In this document: positions 1 to 12,574 of the stretch, one piece after another
Layout: each line of letters opens with the position of its first letter
Numbering within the stretch: the stretch's first letter is position 1
Source: Parasitella parasitica NRRL 2501
Taxonomy: Eukaryota; Fungi; Mucoromycota
Assembly: GCA_025201805.1 (NCBI GenBank)
Contig: MU619311.1
Coordinates: forward strand, 122,372-156,209
Direction: 5' to 3'
Length of the DNA stretch: 33,838 bases
Made by a program: the position numbers and the translations under genes
The notes under the pieces: model-generated
The model's input: only the letters and a program-made list of their open reading frames with translations
Database searches by the model: none
Told to the model about the DNA's origin: nothing

Positions 1-508
1 TCTGAATTTCAATTATTTTAAATGGGAGACCTCCAAGCTGGTTTCCCAGGCGAGTTTCCCAGCATACTTTTTTTAGATAACTCTTATTTATTTCCATTAT
101 TAACAGCCGCTTTTAGTGTATTACTACTGCTACACAAATTGCCGTAAAACGATAAAAAAAAAAGTTTCAAATGCAAATTCGAGGTTGCAAAAGATCATTG
201 TGCATTGAAAGCATTGTACAATACTTACAACCAGCCAGATTATATGCAGTAATCAAGTTCGGAGCATTGTTTTGCAAAATTCACTTTAAAGAAAAAGGTC
301 TTTTTGAGAACTACAACAGTGTTTGAAACATGACAAATTCAAAGACAAATAATGTTTCCAAAATTAATATATTTTTTGAATCATATCCTGCAAATTGTGA
401 GAAAGTTCTTTTACTGTCTGAATGGCTGGGGTTTTATGTACAAATGTTTTTAATTTGTCATTTTTCTTTTCTTCACCTCTTTTTACAACGTTTGATATAG
501 TAAATACC

Positions 509-754
509 ATGCGCACTTCTTTATTCTTGATTTTGGCTGTTGTTATTTCTACAGTTTTATGCACTGTACCTGCTGCTGTAGACAGTGATAGTAATGAGGC
601 AGCTCCCCGTCGAAGAATTTCGGCTAACCCCGATGAGTTGGTTGGGAAGCAAGATTCTTTTGAAAACGTCAACGTTGATAAGCATTTTATCAGCAACAAA
701 GACTCAGATGAAGGCCCTTTCATCAAGGTTTCTGACAACGATATGAAAGAGTAA
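509..754 (+). CDS. Small putative secreted protein (81 aa), unknown function
   Basis: ATG at 509 (ATACC ATG) is in frame with ORF 422..754. The N-terminus MRTSLFLILAVVISTVLCTVPA looks like a signal peptide and is followed by an acidic hydrophilic body. No family recognised. Confidence 0.55.
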   Translation: MRTSLFLILAVVISTVLCTVPAAVDSDSNEAAPRRRISANPDELVGKQDSFENVNVDKHFISNKDSDEGPFIKVSDNDMKE

Positions 755-965
755 ATATCCGACACGAATATATCCAATATGTATGCTAATAACGTGCAAT
801 AGACAAGTCGAAGATGACTCTGCTTTTGTTCAAATCTAAAGTCAAAAATCATTGAATAAAATAGCCTTTTATTGATACAGTATCCAACTTTTCTAATTGC
901 TTGTATATATAATGATGATGCTAATGAGATAGTGGATGGACACAGTCTTTCTGCACACATAAGAT

Positions 966-2332
966 CTATTTTCTTTCACAACCTGTGCGAGTGACCAATT
1001 CAGCAGGGCAGGTAACTTGCTTGAATTTCATTGAAGGGTTATCAGTGTTCTTGAACCAGTTGAATCTATAAATTATTCCTTTGTTAATTGAAAACTATAT
1101 CAGCACATTTTCTCTTAATTTTATATTTACCTCCATTTGCAACCAGCTTGAAGAGCAGAAGGAAGAGCAGAACAATCAGACAAGGCGCCAACGCCACCAT
1201 ATCGGGCGCCCCAGCCATCAGAAGGAGCTCCCCATTGGGAGGCACATCCGTTAAAGATACCAACACCACCGCCGGGCATCTGGAGGTCAAAATGATTAGA
1301 GCCTAAATCACCACCGGTGTTGGTAACTTGAACAACCATCTTCTTTCCAGAAACAGCGCCTGAGGTAAAAGTCAATTCATAACAACCACAGCACCAACTA
1401 GCTTCGTTGGAGCCTGCAATGGAAGCAGCAGCAAAGCCATAAGCAAGATTATCATTGACAGCCCAAGGTTGGTTGTTGTTGCACATAAAGCCGGACCCAC
1501 CATCACAGCCGCTGACAGCGTTGGAGTCTAGTAAAGAGATGCCGTTGGAGGCACAAACATCAACAGGAGCAGAGACGGAAGCTTTGCCGGGCCAGCTGCA
1601 AGAGGCTTTACAACAATCCCAATAGCGGGTAGTAGAACCGCTACCAGAGGCTCCTCCAGAAATTTCTTTATAGCCAACAGAAGTAGAAGTGGAAGCAGCG
1701 GAGGTGGTTGTCTTTGTAGTCGTTGTAGTTGATTTAGTAGTGGTAGTTGATTTGGTAGTGGTAGTAGCTTTGGTAGTGGTAGTAGCTTTGGTAGTGGTAG
1801 TAGCTTTGGTAGTGGTAGTTTTGGAGGCAGTGGTAGTAGTCGCAATTGATCTAGTTGTAGTCTTAGTCTTGCTGTTGGAACCAGGAAGACACTGGGAGTA
1901 GTACTTGTTGCCTTCTTGAGCGACACAAGTAGAGCCTTTATTACAACAAGTAGGTCCACTCCAACCAATACCTATTAAATTATAGTGATTAAATTCCTGT
2001 AGATGAGAAAAGAGATGCGAGCCATTTACCACCGCATTGGCCATAGACAGAACTACACGAAGATGATGAGGATGAATTCTTGGAGTTAGGAATACACTGA
2101 GAGTAGTATTTGTTATTCTTTTGCACGATGCAAGTTGATCCAGCATCACAACATGTAGGCCCATTCCAGCCAATGCCTATCAGATGTGTAAATGGCTCTT
2201 GTGAAGCTTCGTTCCGTTATTTGAACTCTTACCACCACACTGGCCGTAAACAGAGCTGCAGGAAGCAGCTTCAGCGGAAGAGCTAATTGCAAGTGCAACG
2301 GCAATTGAAATGATAGCCACAGTGAACTTCAT
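966..2332 (-). CDS. Secreted GH45 endo-1,4-beta-glucanase with two N-terminal CBM1 modules (MCE/RCE type)
   Basis: Exons 2332-2233, 2176-2030, 1971-1131, 1065-966, joined by GT-AG introns. Signal peptide [22 protein letters not shown]. Two CBM1 modules ([19 protein letters not shown]...NKYYSQC) and a Thr/Lys linker. GH45 motifs [14 protein letters not shown] and [13 protein letters not shown]. Ends WFKNTDNP...[14 protein letters not shown]. Confidence 0.96.
1730..1818 (-). repeat. 18-bp coding tandem repeat ([12 protein letters not shown] units) in the GH45 linker
   Basis: Repeated GCTTTGGTAGTGGTAGTA-like units on the + strand; translation [31 protein letters not shown]. Confidence 0.85.
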
Positions 2333-4064
2333 AGTTTTGTTTTATATTCTGGTGGAAGGAGTGGAAGGGTGATTTGAGGAATAACGTTTAGTTAGAAGCG
2401 ACATTTATATATGATATTTCTGACACAAGAAAACGTGCGTGTTTCTACTCATTAAATATTATTTATTGCCTCAATTTGTCGACTATTCCTCGGATTTTTC
2501 ATCTGGCTCTCTCCGGGTTCTTTGGTGTTACATTCATGTCTGCTTCCACAAGTCTGGACAATGTCATTTTCTTGCTTGAATACATCAACTTTAATATACC
2601 TGTGCCACTTCGTATATTGAAAATTAATTCAATTTATCAATATGCTATATGCTGTGTAATCTGAAAACAGGGGAAAGCAATATTAAGCTCCACTTTATCG
2701 TTTGTAACTTCCGTTTTAAAATGTCTTGTGTAAAAGTTGATTTCTACTTGATGCGATATCAGCCCATGTCCGTATGAATAAAGCAAATAAAACACGTAAC
2801 CAATACATTAGATAATATTGCGTACAACAGATGCTGCGTAAACATCTATCTGATATTTCTAATTAAATATATACCAAATAAACCTGCTTGCTAAATCACC
2901 AATTGGAAGAATCAAAAACGTTGCGGAGCATTTCAAATTAGTTTTCATAGCCTCTTGGTAGAGAGCCTTTAACGGAAGCTGACAGCAAATTGATACTGGC
3001 AGACACAGATTTTCACTAGTATGATGGTTCTGAGAACAAGGCGAGTTTGGAAAAAAGATGTATTTCGTTCGCTTAAAATTTGACAAGGATATTAGACATT
3101 GCAGATTACAAATGCAGACTTGCTTTGAAACATCGGATACTTTTAAACTACTAATGCCTAGTATTGAAGCTGTAAAAAAAGCTGCATGTTATATATTTGG
3201 AAAAGAAATTTACGAGAAAATCGAACATGTAACGAACCCATAAAGCTCATTCCAAGACTTGAAGTTGAGACTCGATAGCACAGCAATCAAAGACACATCT
3301 ATTGGTTGTACATAACTTTTACATTTATGCATATATTTAATGATTTTAATCCCAAGTAGAGTGAGGTGAGTCGAACAATTCGTGTTTGAAGCTCGTGTCA
3401 AGAGTGGATCATCTCATTTCACATAATAGCGACCTATCCAATGTGTTGATTCTAAAATATTGCTGTAAAAAGTCTCTCATCAAGTCTAAATTTAGTCTGG
3501 AAATAATTAAATCTCAAGACTAACTCATCTAAATACTGTTAAGCTTGCCAAATTAGATTTATTTTCGTCATTTTTATTGATATATTAGTTTCTTTGTCTC
3601 TTGATCAGCAAAAAAGATGGAATATCCTTGAAGTGGTATTGCTTTTCTTTTTTTTTTTAAAAAAAAAAGAAAACTTTACTGTGGATTTAAAGGTGCATGG
3701 TACGTCAGATCTATGTTCCCTTATCACTATAGATGTGCTTCTTGTGTTTATTGTTACCAAGTACATGGACTTATGCTCAAATAATGTAACAAATGTCTAG
3801 GAATGACGGTAAATGTACCCCTGTTCCCGCGAGAATATTTTTACATGCAATGGCGCTGAAAAACAATATAGTCATGGAGTCATGAGACTTGATGATATAT
3901 ACCTGAGCACCGCACACAAAAGATTGAACATAGCATCCGGTAAATGACAACATATAACGCCAGATATAGAGCAACAAAGCTGATATTGTACAAAACAAAT
4001 CAAAAGAGTTTTGGTATTGATCATCTACTGACATTCCATTCATTTCAATTATTATTATTATTAT

Positions 4065-4099
<35 letters not shown>

Positions 4100-5862
4100 N
4101 NNNNNNNNNNNNNNGCTAATCTGACACTGTAAGAAAATGTTGTCATGGTATACAGATACTTTTATACGCAGTAAGCATGAGCGCATGTATAAATTTGTCT
4201 TGACGTATGCATGCATGGTGGCTGTTGAGATAATATGATACTATCACTCTTGAATACAATGATGAGTAGTCCATTTATGGTAGTAAGTAACAACAGTAAA
4301 GTTACCGTGTGCACGTATGATTATCTACACATCGCTTGATGACACAGAGATTAATCACCTGTAATTGCATCATGGTCTGTCGCAGCAAGTGCTTTTTGTA
4401 TGATCCATCATAACCAGATCTCTAATGATCTTCTTGAATATTCTTTATAATAATATGTCTTTGAATAACGTTGAACTCAATTCACTCGTAAGTCTTATGT
4501 CAAAAACTTACCTATTTAGTCACAAAAAAACAGACAACGCGCACACACAAGCATACTATTGCGAGGCTGCCGTATTTACTACTCATGTAAACTTTTTCTC
4601 TGAATACATCATTTGAGAGATATGAAAAAAACGTTTGAACATCACGATGGCTATTGAAATGTGATGTGCAGTCTATTGTCGATTTGATTTGCTTCTCGAG
4701 TTTGTAATCATCCTCGTATTATACAGTAATTATCCTTAGGAGATGATTGGATTGCAAATTAGCTTTGGTAAATGTAAACTTTGCTTTTTTCAAAAGGTAA
4801 ACAGTTGTCTGTGAAATGTGCCTGCTGCGATAGGAGATGGCTAGCTACACAATATTACACACGTTATAAAATAGACCACTAAACTCCTCTTTTCTGATTG
4901 TGTGATACAAGTCGCACTATCATGGTATAATTCTCTGCATAGGTGATCCGGATAAGTGATAAGAACGTAACAAATGGGTCGTATCTGTATGGCGTAATGA
5001 CATGGCATCGAGACCCGCCGCATATTTCCAATCTGCAAATTTGAGCTTTATACGGAAATCATCATTTTCGTCATATATAACCTACTAATTCAGAACCCTG
5101 GCATTTAATTATGCATGCATCTTAATTGCACCATCTACATGTATGATTGATGGAATATTGCAATATTATCAATAATACTGTCAAATTAGACCAGTTGTAA
5201 AAGTGGTTTTCTGCCAAGAGCAGCTTAGCATTGAAAAAGGACAATGTAAGCGAATATACGGCGATGCACGAGTCTATCCAGACATTGGCTACAATATGTA
5301 TACTTATTTAAATGCAAAGTGGTCAAGTGAACTATATTGACAAAAAATTAACTGCATTGCATATAACGTGAGTCAATGTAGCGGCCGTGGATGTTCTTGA
5401 CAAAGTGTACATGTGCGCCGTATCTATTTATCCAAAGCTAATAATAAATGCGAATCTTTCTCAAGATGATACCATAGACACCTATTTTACATGATGATCG
5501 ACAAGTACACTTTTTTCGATGCATATTTAGACCTAGTGACATTGTTAATTGACCTATCAGCCATATACATGCAAAAAGAAAAGATTAATAAGGACAATAT
5601 AGCTGCAACTTGAATGGCTTTGCAATTCATCATATGTTAACAGTTATACCACATCATACGCTAGTGGCGTTTCCAACCAAATGTTTTTAATGCGAACCTG
5701 GAGTATTTTTAATATACCCTAAATAAATCGATGCATTGAAGCCGTTCAGATCATGACCTTAATAAAAATAAAAATACAAAAAAAAAAGTATATAAATACA
5801 CAAACACATCCAATACAGTAACCTTTTCATTCATCTTATTTTTTTCCCCACTATATCTCTTT

Positions 5863-6795
5863 ATGTCTATGAATTTTGACTCACCTGCTTCGACCAGCAG
5901 TATGCAATATCCTTCATCGAAGCAAATGTCCATTTCATCCCTCACCTCTTCTCCACTTCCAACCTCAAATAATTTGATTGCCAAATTACCAGTCGACATA
6001 TCATCCCCTCCTTTGACTCAAAAATCGCCCAATACACTCGGCCGCCCTTACTTTATGACAATGCCAGATTCGCCAGAAAGCCCAAGCTTCAATGAAGCTG
6101 CTGTGGTAGCTCCTGCAAACAGCTATTTTGCACCAAAGCAGCCCGACCGTCATCCATTGTCACAGACTGCAGACAAACATGAGCGTCGATACCATCCCTA
6201 CTACCAATGTGACACGGCCGCAACATCCGATGCTGCGAGCAAACGAGCCAATGAATACAGCTACTCTGCTGACCGGTCATCTTCCATCTCATCCGCCACA
6301 TCCATGTCAGTGCCTCTTTTATCTCTCAAAGAGCGCAGACAGCGCAACAAAGTCGCTTCTGCCAAGTACAGAGGAAAGAAGAAGGAGGAATACGAGAATA
6401 TGCAGCAGCAAGTCTCCGCACTGCTGAAGGACAACGAAGTCTTGCAGAGACAACTGGACCAAGTCAGACGAGAGAACAACAAGCTGAAATCAACATGCGA
6501 TAAGCTCCGTGGTAAGATGCTCGCAAAAAAGATGCTTAAAGAGATGCTGCAACGGCGAGGAACCATTGATCGTCAGCGTGACAATGATGATGACGATATT
6601 TTAGATAACGATAACGATAGCGACAATGAAGACAACCATACTGAATCGTACCTGTATCTTGGACGCAGCAATGGTGCTTATTGTTCTGGTAACAGCAGCC
6701 CTTTTTTGAAAAGACTCTATGACATTGATTTCAGCGATGACGACGATTGTAGTAGTAATCAGCCCAAATCGAATGATCGCACTCGACCCTTTTAA
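5863..6795 (+). CDS. bZIP transcription factor
   Basis: Single-exon 310-aa ORF. Basic region ERRQRNKVASAKYRGKKK is followed by a heptad zipper (MQQQVSALLKDNEVLQRQLDQVRRENNKL). Ser/Pro-rich N-terminus and acidic C-terminus. Confidence 0.9.
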   Translation: MSMNFDSPASTSSMQYPSSKQMSISSLTSSPLPTSNNLIAKLPVDISSPPLTQKSPNTLGRPYFMTMPDSPESPSFNEAAVVAPANSYFAPKQPDRHPLSQTADKHERRYHPYYQCDTAATSDAASKRANEYSYSADRSSSISSATSMSVPLLSLKERRQRNKVASAKYRGKKKEEYENMQQQVSALLKDNEVLQRQLDQVRRENNKLKSTCDKLRGKMLAKKMLKEMLQRRGTIDRQRDNDDDDILDNDNDSDNEDNHTESYLYLGRSNGAYCSGNSSPFLKRLYDIDFSDDDDCSSNQPKSNDRTRPF

Positions 6796-7356
6796 CTATG
6801 AACCGCCCCTTTTTTTTTCCTTTTCTTTTTTTTTCAAATTCCACTCCTTTATGACATATAATAGCCTGCGCAAACAATTATGACAAGAACTTTGATATAT
6901 ACCTATAACTCTTAAACTTAAGAAAGAAACATACAAGCAATATTACGTAAACCCTTTATGATGAAGCTAATAAAAAGCATATAATTGAACCCTAAAAACG
7001 ATCTACCAGCAAGCTGTATGTAATTTTGACATGCATTGTTGGCATTGTGAGTGCTATGATGCTACAGTATGTGCATGTTCTCGATTTGCAACAATTCTAA
7101 AGCGTTGGTAGATTCTTGATGCAGGAGATCCGCTCTCATCGTTTAAAAGAAAAAAAAAAAAGAAAAAAAAAAACGCACAGCTACAATAGCAATTTCATTA
7201 CATCCAATCGCAATGCTCGCGTGTTCTACTCACCTTGAAAGCCATACTGATGCATCCTCCTTTAAAAATTTCAATGGACGGGTCTCACAAGAAACTAAAA
7301 ATAAAAAACACCATGTTTCTGATAACACATACTTCTTTTCTTCTGCTTCTTGTTCA

Positions 7357-8480
7357 ATGATCCTCCTGAAAGGTGTGCTGATTGCTTCGGTCCTGTATCC
7401 AATTGTAAACGCTGATGGCACAGTTTCACCGCGAGCAGCGTCACTAAATATCACTCAGACATGGAATGCGCCTTTCCCCCCGTCCAGTGCCATCTCAGCG
7501 TCTGTTGATTATATCATTGAAAATTGGTTCACTTCTAGCAAATCTGTTTACGGCTCAAACGACGTCAGTTTTGTGCCGGATCCTTTTGAGGCCAACAGCA
7601 CAAGCAGCGTCGTCAAGGTGCTCTATCCTGCAGGCTCGTATGCTCCTGTAGCAACTAAAAACAACAGCAATGGCACAGTCGGAGGACTTGAATTTTTTTC
7701 TGTTCCTGACGGTGGAGCAACGTATAACACTGCTCTTCTGAGCTATGATCTTGCGTTTGATCCTAGCTTCGATTGGGTCAAGGGCGGAAAACTGCCTGGC
7801 ATATTTGGCGGTGAGCAGCACAACCCAAACTAGACGTCGTTTGTAAATCTAACGGCTTGATGATAGGCTCTCCTGGAGACGGATGTGCAGGTGGTCTGAA
7901 GGCTACAGGCTCCAATTGCTTTTCAGTTCGTCTAATGTGGAGAAGCGCAGGTAATTATGAAAAAAAACAATGTTTACAATCAGCTCACCTTGCTTGTGAA
8001 ATGAAAAAAAAAGGCGCTGGCGAAGCTTATGCGTACATTCCAACTTCTGACAGTCTGTGCCAAACAAAGCAAGTCGTTTGTAACAGTGATTACGGTACAT
8101 CGTTTTCCCGTGGTATCGTCCAGTTTTCAACGTCGAAATGGACCCGCATGGAAATCTACATCAAGCTAAACTCTGGCTCCCATGCCAATGGTATCCTGAA
8201 AGTATGGCAAGACGGTTCATTGATGATTAACCAGCAGGCAATCCAATTTAGATCGAGTGATACTGTAGGTATTTCAAGTATGATGTTTAGTACCTTTTTC
8301 GGTGGAGGGTCTGCTGATTATGCAACAAGCGTTGATACTTACACATACTACAAGAATATCCAATTCAGTACTGGAAATACACCTGATTCAGCTGTTAGTA
8401 GCTCTGCCCTATCTTTGAGCGTACCCAATCTTTTGCTGTATGCTATTACTGCGCTCGCTCTACTAGCCTGCGGCGCTTGA
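7357..8480 (+). CDS. Polysaccharide lyase family 14-like protein, secreted and probably GPI-anchored
   Basis: Exons 7357-7810, 7867-7950, 8014-8480 (GT-AG introns). Signal peptide MILLKGVLIASVLYPIVNA. PL14 motifs YPAGS, FDWVKGGKLPG, FSVRLMWR..GAGEAYAY and FSTFFGG. A Ser-rich spacer precedes a hydrophobic C-terminal tail. Confidence 0.85.
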
Positions 8481-9961
8481 TCTATCGAGTTACAATTTAT
8501 ATGCTAGACTTATATATTTATACAACCAAAATTGAAATTTTATATACTGCTAAACGCAAAGATGCATGTAGCCTGACAGAAGCCCCTTTTTTCTTTCACA
8601 AAAACAAAAGAGGCTGAATGCCAATGATTTTTTGAGAGGGAGACGAGATCATAACACAACTATCACAGTCGAATAACTGAAAAAATTACACATGTACATT
8701 GGTACCGCCTATCCTCCTTGATCTAATTAAACTATTCTTAAGATGACATCTTAATGAAGAGACTCTAGTCCCCAAGAGTTCAACCTTGTACATAGCAGCA
8801 TACTGCCGCCAAGGTTAGACTGTACTTGGTCGATACAAAGACACCAATTCCAAATAATCTGTGGTTTTTACCAAACAATTACAAACTGTTACCTGAGTTT
8901 GGTGTTTATCTTTCTATACTTTCGTCTTTTCGACTAGCCCATACTTTGTTGATGGCGCGTATAGTGTGTTATAAAGAATAATTATATGTTAGATATCAAC
9001 TATGAAAATAGTCCTAAAAGCAATTGTCATTTTAAAAGAAGAGAACGGTGCAAGAAGCCGAACTTTCGAGCGTAGACATGACACACAATTTTATTACGTA
9101 GTATAGATCAGAAGCATTGACTGATAGCTCCAACACCAGGCAGGGTGAGCAAGGTATATCACATAGTCTACATGAACAAAACGAGCCAGGTGGAAAAAGT
9201 ACAACTAAAAGATGTTTTGAACTCATCGCTACGTTATTTCTATGCTTGAAAGAACAAGGATATGACAAAAGAAAGCTCTGGTTTGACAACTATGCCGAAA
9301 CAAGAGACTTTCACTGTTCTGTTGAGCTTTCCCAAGTTGTAATAAAAAACCGAACATCTCTGTAAATGATCAAAAAATTCTACTGATTGTGCTTTTTTAA
9401 AAACCTAGTATGCTTATCAGCATTTTGACAAGCACTCTCGTCACTTCTGTCCCCTCGAGCAAAAATGGAATGCTTTAATAATTGCTTCAAATTTGTTTTC
9501 ATTGGCAATGGCACCTCTAACATGCGTTTGCTTTGCTCCTGCGCAATACAACTATTTTTTCCAAATCGACAAACCCTTAAGACTGACTTTATTATTATGA
9601 GCCACTGCACCAACATACATGAATGTGGTTCTCAAAGTCGTTTCATCTGTCAACACATGAAAAATAACTGAATCTATTCCATCTCAAACATTTACAAATC
9701 TACCTGGACTTACCCTCTCAGTGTAAAAATACTCCATTCAACAGAATTGGAACTGTAAAACACTAAACAAACCTCATACTACCGAACTTTTTCATCCATT
9801 TGCATTTCAAATTGCTAGTTCTTTGTAAAGTATGTATATTTTAATATTATTCTTCATAAAAAAAAAGACCCTCAGACGAATGAATATAGTACTACATTAT
9901 ATACATCTAAATCCAAAAAACGCCCAGGTTCCTTTGATGTTGCTGTCTGAATGACGATAAT

Positions 9962-10403
9962 TTAATTTTCCTCTGGGACAATAACGAATTGTGGTGTATT
10001 GTAATATTTAGTATTGTTGTAGACAGATTCTCCAGCCTTCCAATCCTTAACATCCTTCATAATTTCTTCCTCACGAGCCTTTGCTGCTTCAGTTCGACGA
10101 TAAGTATCACGGTCAGCTTCAGCAGTTAAGAGTGGGATAAGATTGATGCGAGCCCAAAGGTTTTCACGCTTTAATTCCCTGAATTTTTTTTTTTTTTTAG
10201 ATGTTAGCATTCAGACAATAACGGCACATGCCAATCGCTTTGTACCTTCTTTCAACGTTTCGTTGGAAAACTCTATAAAAACCAAAACCGCAAAAGGCAG
10301 TGACACCTGCAAGGATGACCATACCAGATGGGCCACGTTTAGGCAAGTAGCGACGGTATTTGACTTCGGGAAATCCTTCGGCGGGAGGCAAGTCTTGAGC
10401 CAT
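9962..10403 (-). CDS. NDUFA13: Mitochondrial complex I accessory subunit NDUFA13 / GRIM-19 (B16.6)
   Basis: Exons 10403-10246 and 10178-9962, intron GTACAA...TTCAG. Protein MAQDLPPAEGFPEVKYRRYLPKRGPSG, a TM helix, then RELKRENLWARINLIPLLTAEADR and EEEIMKDVKDWKAGESVYN, all hallmark GRIM-19 motifs. Confidence 0.93.
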
Positions 10404-12574
10404 GTTCTATTATTTGTATTAAATTACGAAGAGTGGGGAGTAAATGTATTGTTGAAAGGTTTTGATATTTTAAAATTATGGGGTTACAAACTGCCCTTCC
10501 TTGCTTTGAACTGGTATCGTGACGTCAGCAATTGCGATCGATTGTGAGCGATTGGGTATACCTCTATCAAGGCTGCATTGAGCATGCTAAGTTTAAAAGC
10601 ATAAACATTAGCTTGAATAAATTCAAGCTTATAATTCGACAGCATGGTCATTTAAAATGCTTATCATAGAGAACATTTACAGAGCACAGCTCACACTGCG
10701 CTGAAAATTAACTATTCAGCGAGCGATGAAGATGAGACTCACGTAGCCAGTTCTCTATTCATAAACCATAAAAAAAAAGGACAAAATGGCAACCATAAGT
10801 ACCTGTTCAAGTAATATTTTTGCAATTTAAGCGTTATATGCTAGTGGAAATTTCATATCAATGCTTGTTTTATATGCACCTCCTATTACTAACAAAATTT
10901 GACCAAATTGTTTGTATACAAACAAAATGTAACAATTTACATAAAATATGGACCAGCATTGACACTGAAGATTCTTATATTTGTACAATCATTTGTAGAA
11001 AGATGTATCATGATGAGAATTGTAAATTTGTTTTTATTGTATATTCGCCTCCAAGTATACAAAAACTGCTCACAGGGCTGACAATTTTACGCTTTAGCGG
11101 GGATGAGTAGGACAAGTCATTTACCAGTAAACACTCTTTACTAAGGACCTGCTTCTCTGTAGGTTGATGAAATTTAAATTTCGTTGGCGCAACGTCTAAA
11201 CTAACTGACATGTGTCATTTCCAGAAAAAATGCAAATTTGTATCAGAAACAATGCATTGAGCGACAGCAACTGGTACACATTTAAACGATAGGTTTAGAT
11301 AATAAAAACAGAAAAACATCTCAGAATAAATTTCCAATATTTGGTTGATTTATACGATATAATGGACTTGGTACCTTGGCAAGAAGAACCTTTTAGAGAG
11401 AATTGATAGCATCGATAGCGCTATCAAACGCGCTAAAAGAAAAAGGATTTTATTCAGGTGTTATAGTTCAATAGTGTCCTAATCTATTCAAATCCTATTA
11501 ACTTTATCAACATAAATTTCAAAATTTCAAGATTGATAGTGTTCAGATATTTTGCATATATAATGATTGTAATCTACATGATATTAGTGGTGATAAAAGC
11601 ATACATATTAGGTTTGATTTCGCAACGCATTTTTAAGCTTTACCGTTGGCTTTACAATAAGCAGCAGAAATGAGTCAAAGTAGAAGACGGCCGCAACGTA
11701 ATCATTGGTCTTGATAAAGTTTAACATGCATGCTCCTAATCGAGTAATGTCGACTTTTGCTACTTTGTCGATCGTTTTAGTGAGTTTTTATGATATAATT
11801 TGAAAGCAGCTTATCTGATTTAGTTAAAACAAAATTTCTTTATTTTCTAATGTGTAGTTTCTCCTTTATGACCTCGTGTGTCTCTTTGGCGTGTAGACAT
11901 CAATAAGATTAATGGGGAAAAAAAATAGCAGGCTATGACTAAATCATCTGCCCCTATTGATGCTCACTCGAAAAGATTATCTGTCAAGTAACCTCTATTT
12001 GTGAAAAGGTTTTCCCACAAATGTTTGACAACTGGATGTTTTATGTGTAACAATACAACATTTCATACATTTACCATGACTCACTTTTATTCAATGTTAC
12101 AATTTAAGATACACATATTACATCACAGCATTTCAGTCCATGGTAATCCTGCATAATAAAGTCCTTCAAACAAGGCTACTCTAACAGTGAGCGACACCGC
12201 AAAGTCTACTTGACTTGTTGGAAGCTACATACTGAATCTTTCAAGCCGGTGAGTTATTTTTTTTTTATTAGCCAAACTCTGTTTCACAATTGATTAAAAA
12301 GCAAATCATTGCTGCGGTAATTGACCGATTTTATACAATAGCACAGAGTGCTATGGATTTATTGCACGACTCGATTGACTATAGATAGCAGAATAACAGA
12401 GCTTTTGGTATTTCTACAAAAAGAGCCAGCATGAGTGGATCAAGAGGTCTTCCATCAAGACATTTGTTATCAGATTTGCGACTCCCGGCTATTTAAACTT
12501 TGTTTTTTTTTTTTTTTTTTTTTTTTTTTCAAACTGCTTTTTCCTCTCAACATCCTCCTAATACATTGAACATT

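Noticed and set aside
22-75. TGGGAGACC...GTTTCCCA hairpin, repeated GTTTCCCAG and a T run, resembling a 5S rRNA or Pol III RNA 3' end
   Set aside because: Only a short motif matches. The rest does not fit 5S rRNA or a snRNA, and it lies at the window edge.
364-960. 198-aa minus-strand ORF
   Set aside because: It is the antisense shadow of the small secreted ORF and the GH45 3' region, with no recognisable motifs.
1528-1968. Alternative-frame ORFs with LLPLPK or VVVVAL repeats
   Set aside because: These are off-frame and antisense translations of the GH45 Thr-rich linker repeat.
2400-5750. Short ORFs, an (ATT)n/poly-T tract and an N gap in a long intergenic region
   Set aside because: AT-rich, no motifs and no convincing splice structure. 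The gap at 4100-4114 follows a homopolymer and is an assembly feature.
8600-9800. Short ORFs (9032-9671) that might be a decayed gene or TE
   Set aside because: No recognisable domain, terminal repeats or consistent frame. A translated search would be needed.
11403-11427. Small inverted repeat TTGATAGC...GCTATCAA
   Set aside because: An 8-bp stem with no supporting context, plausible by chance.
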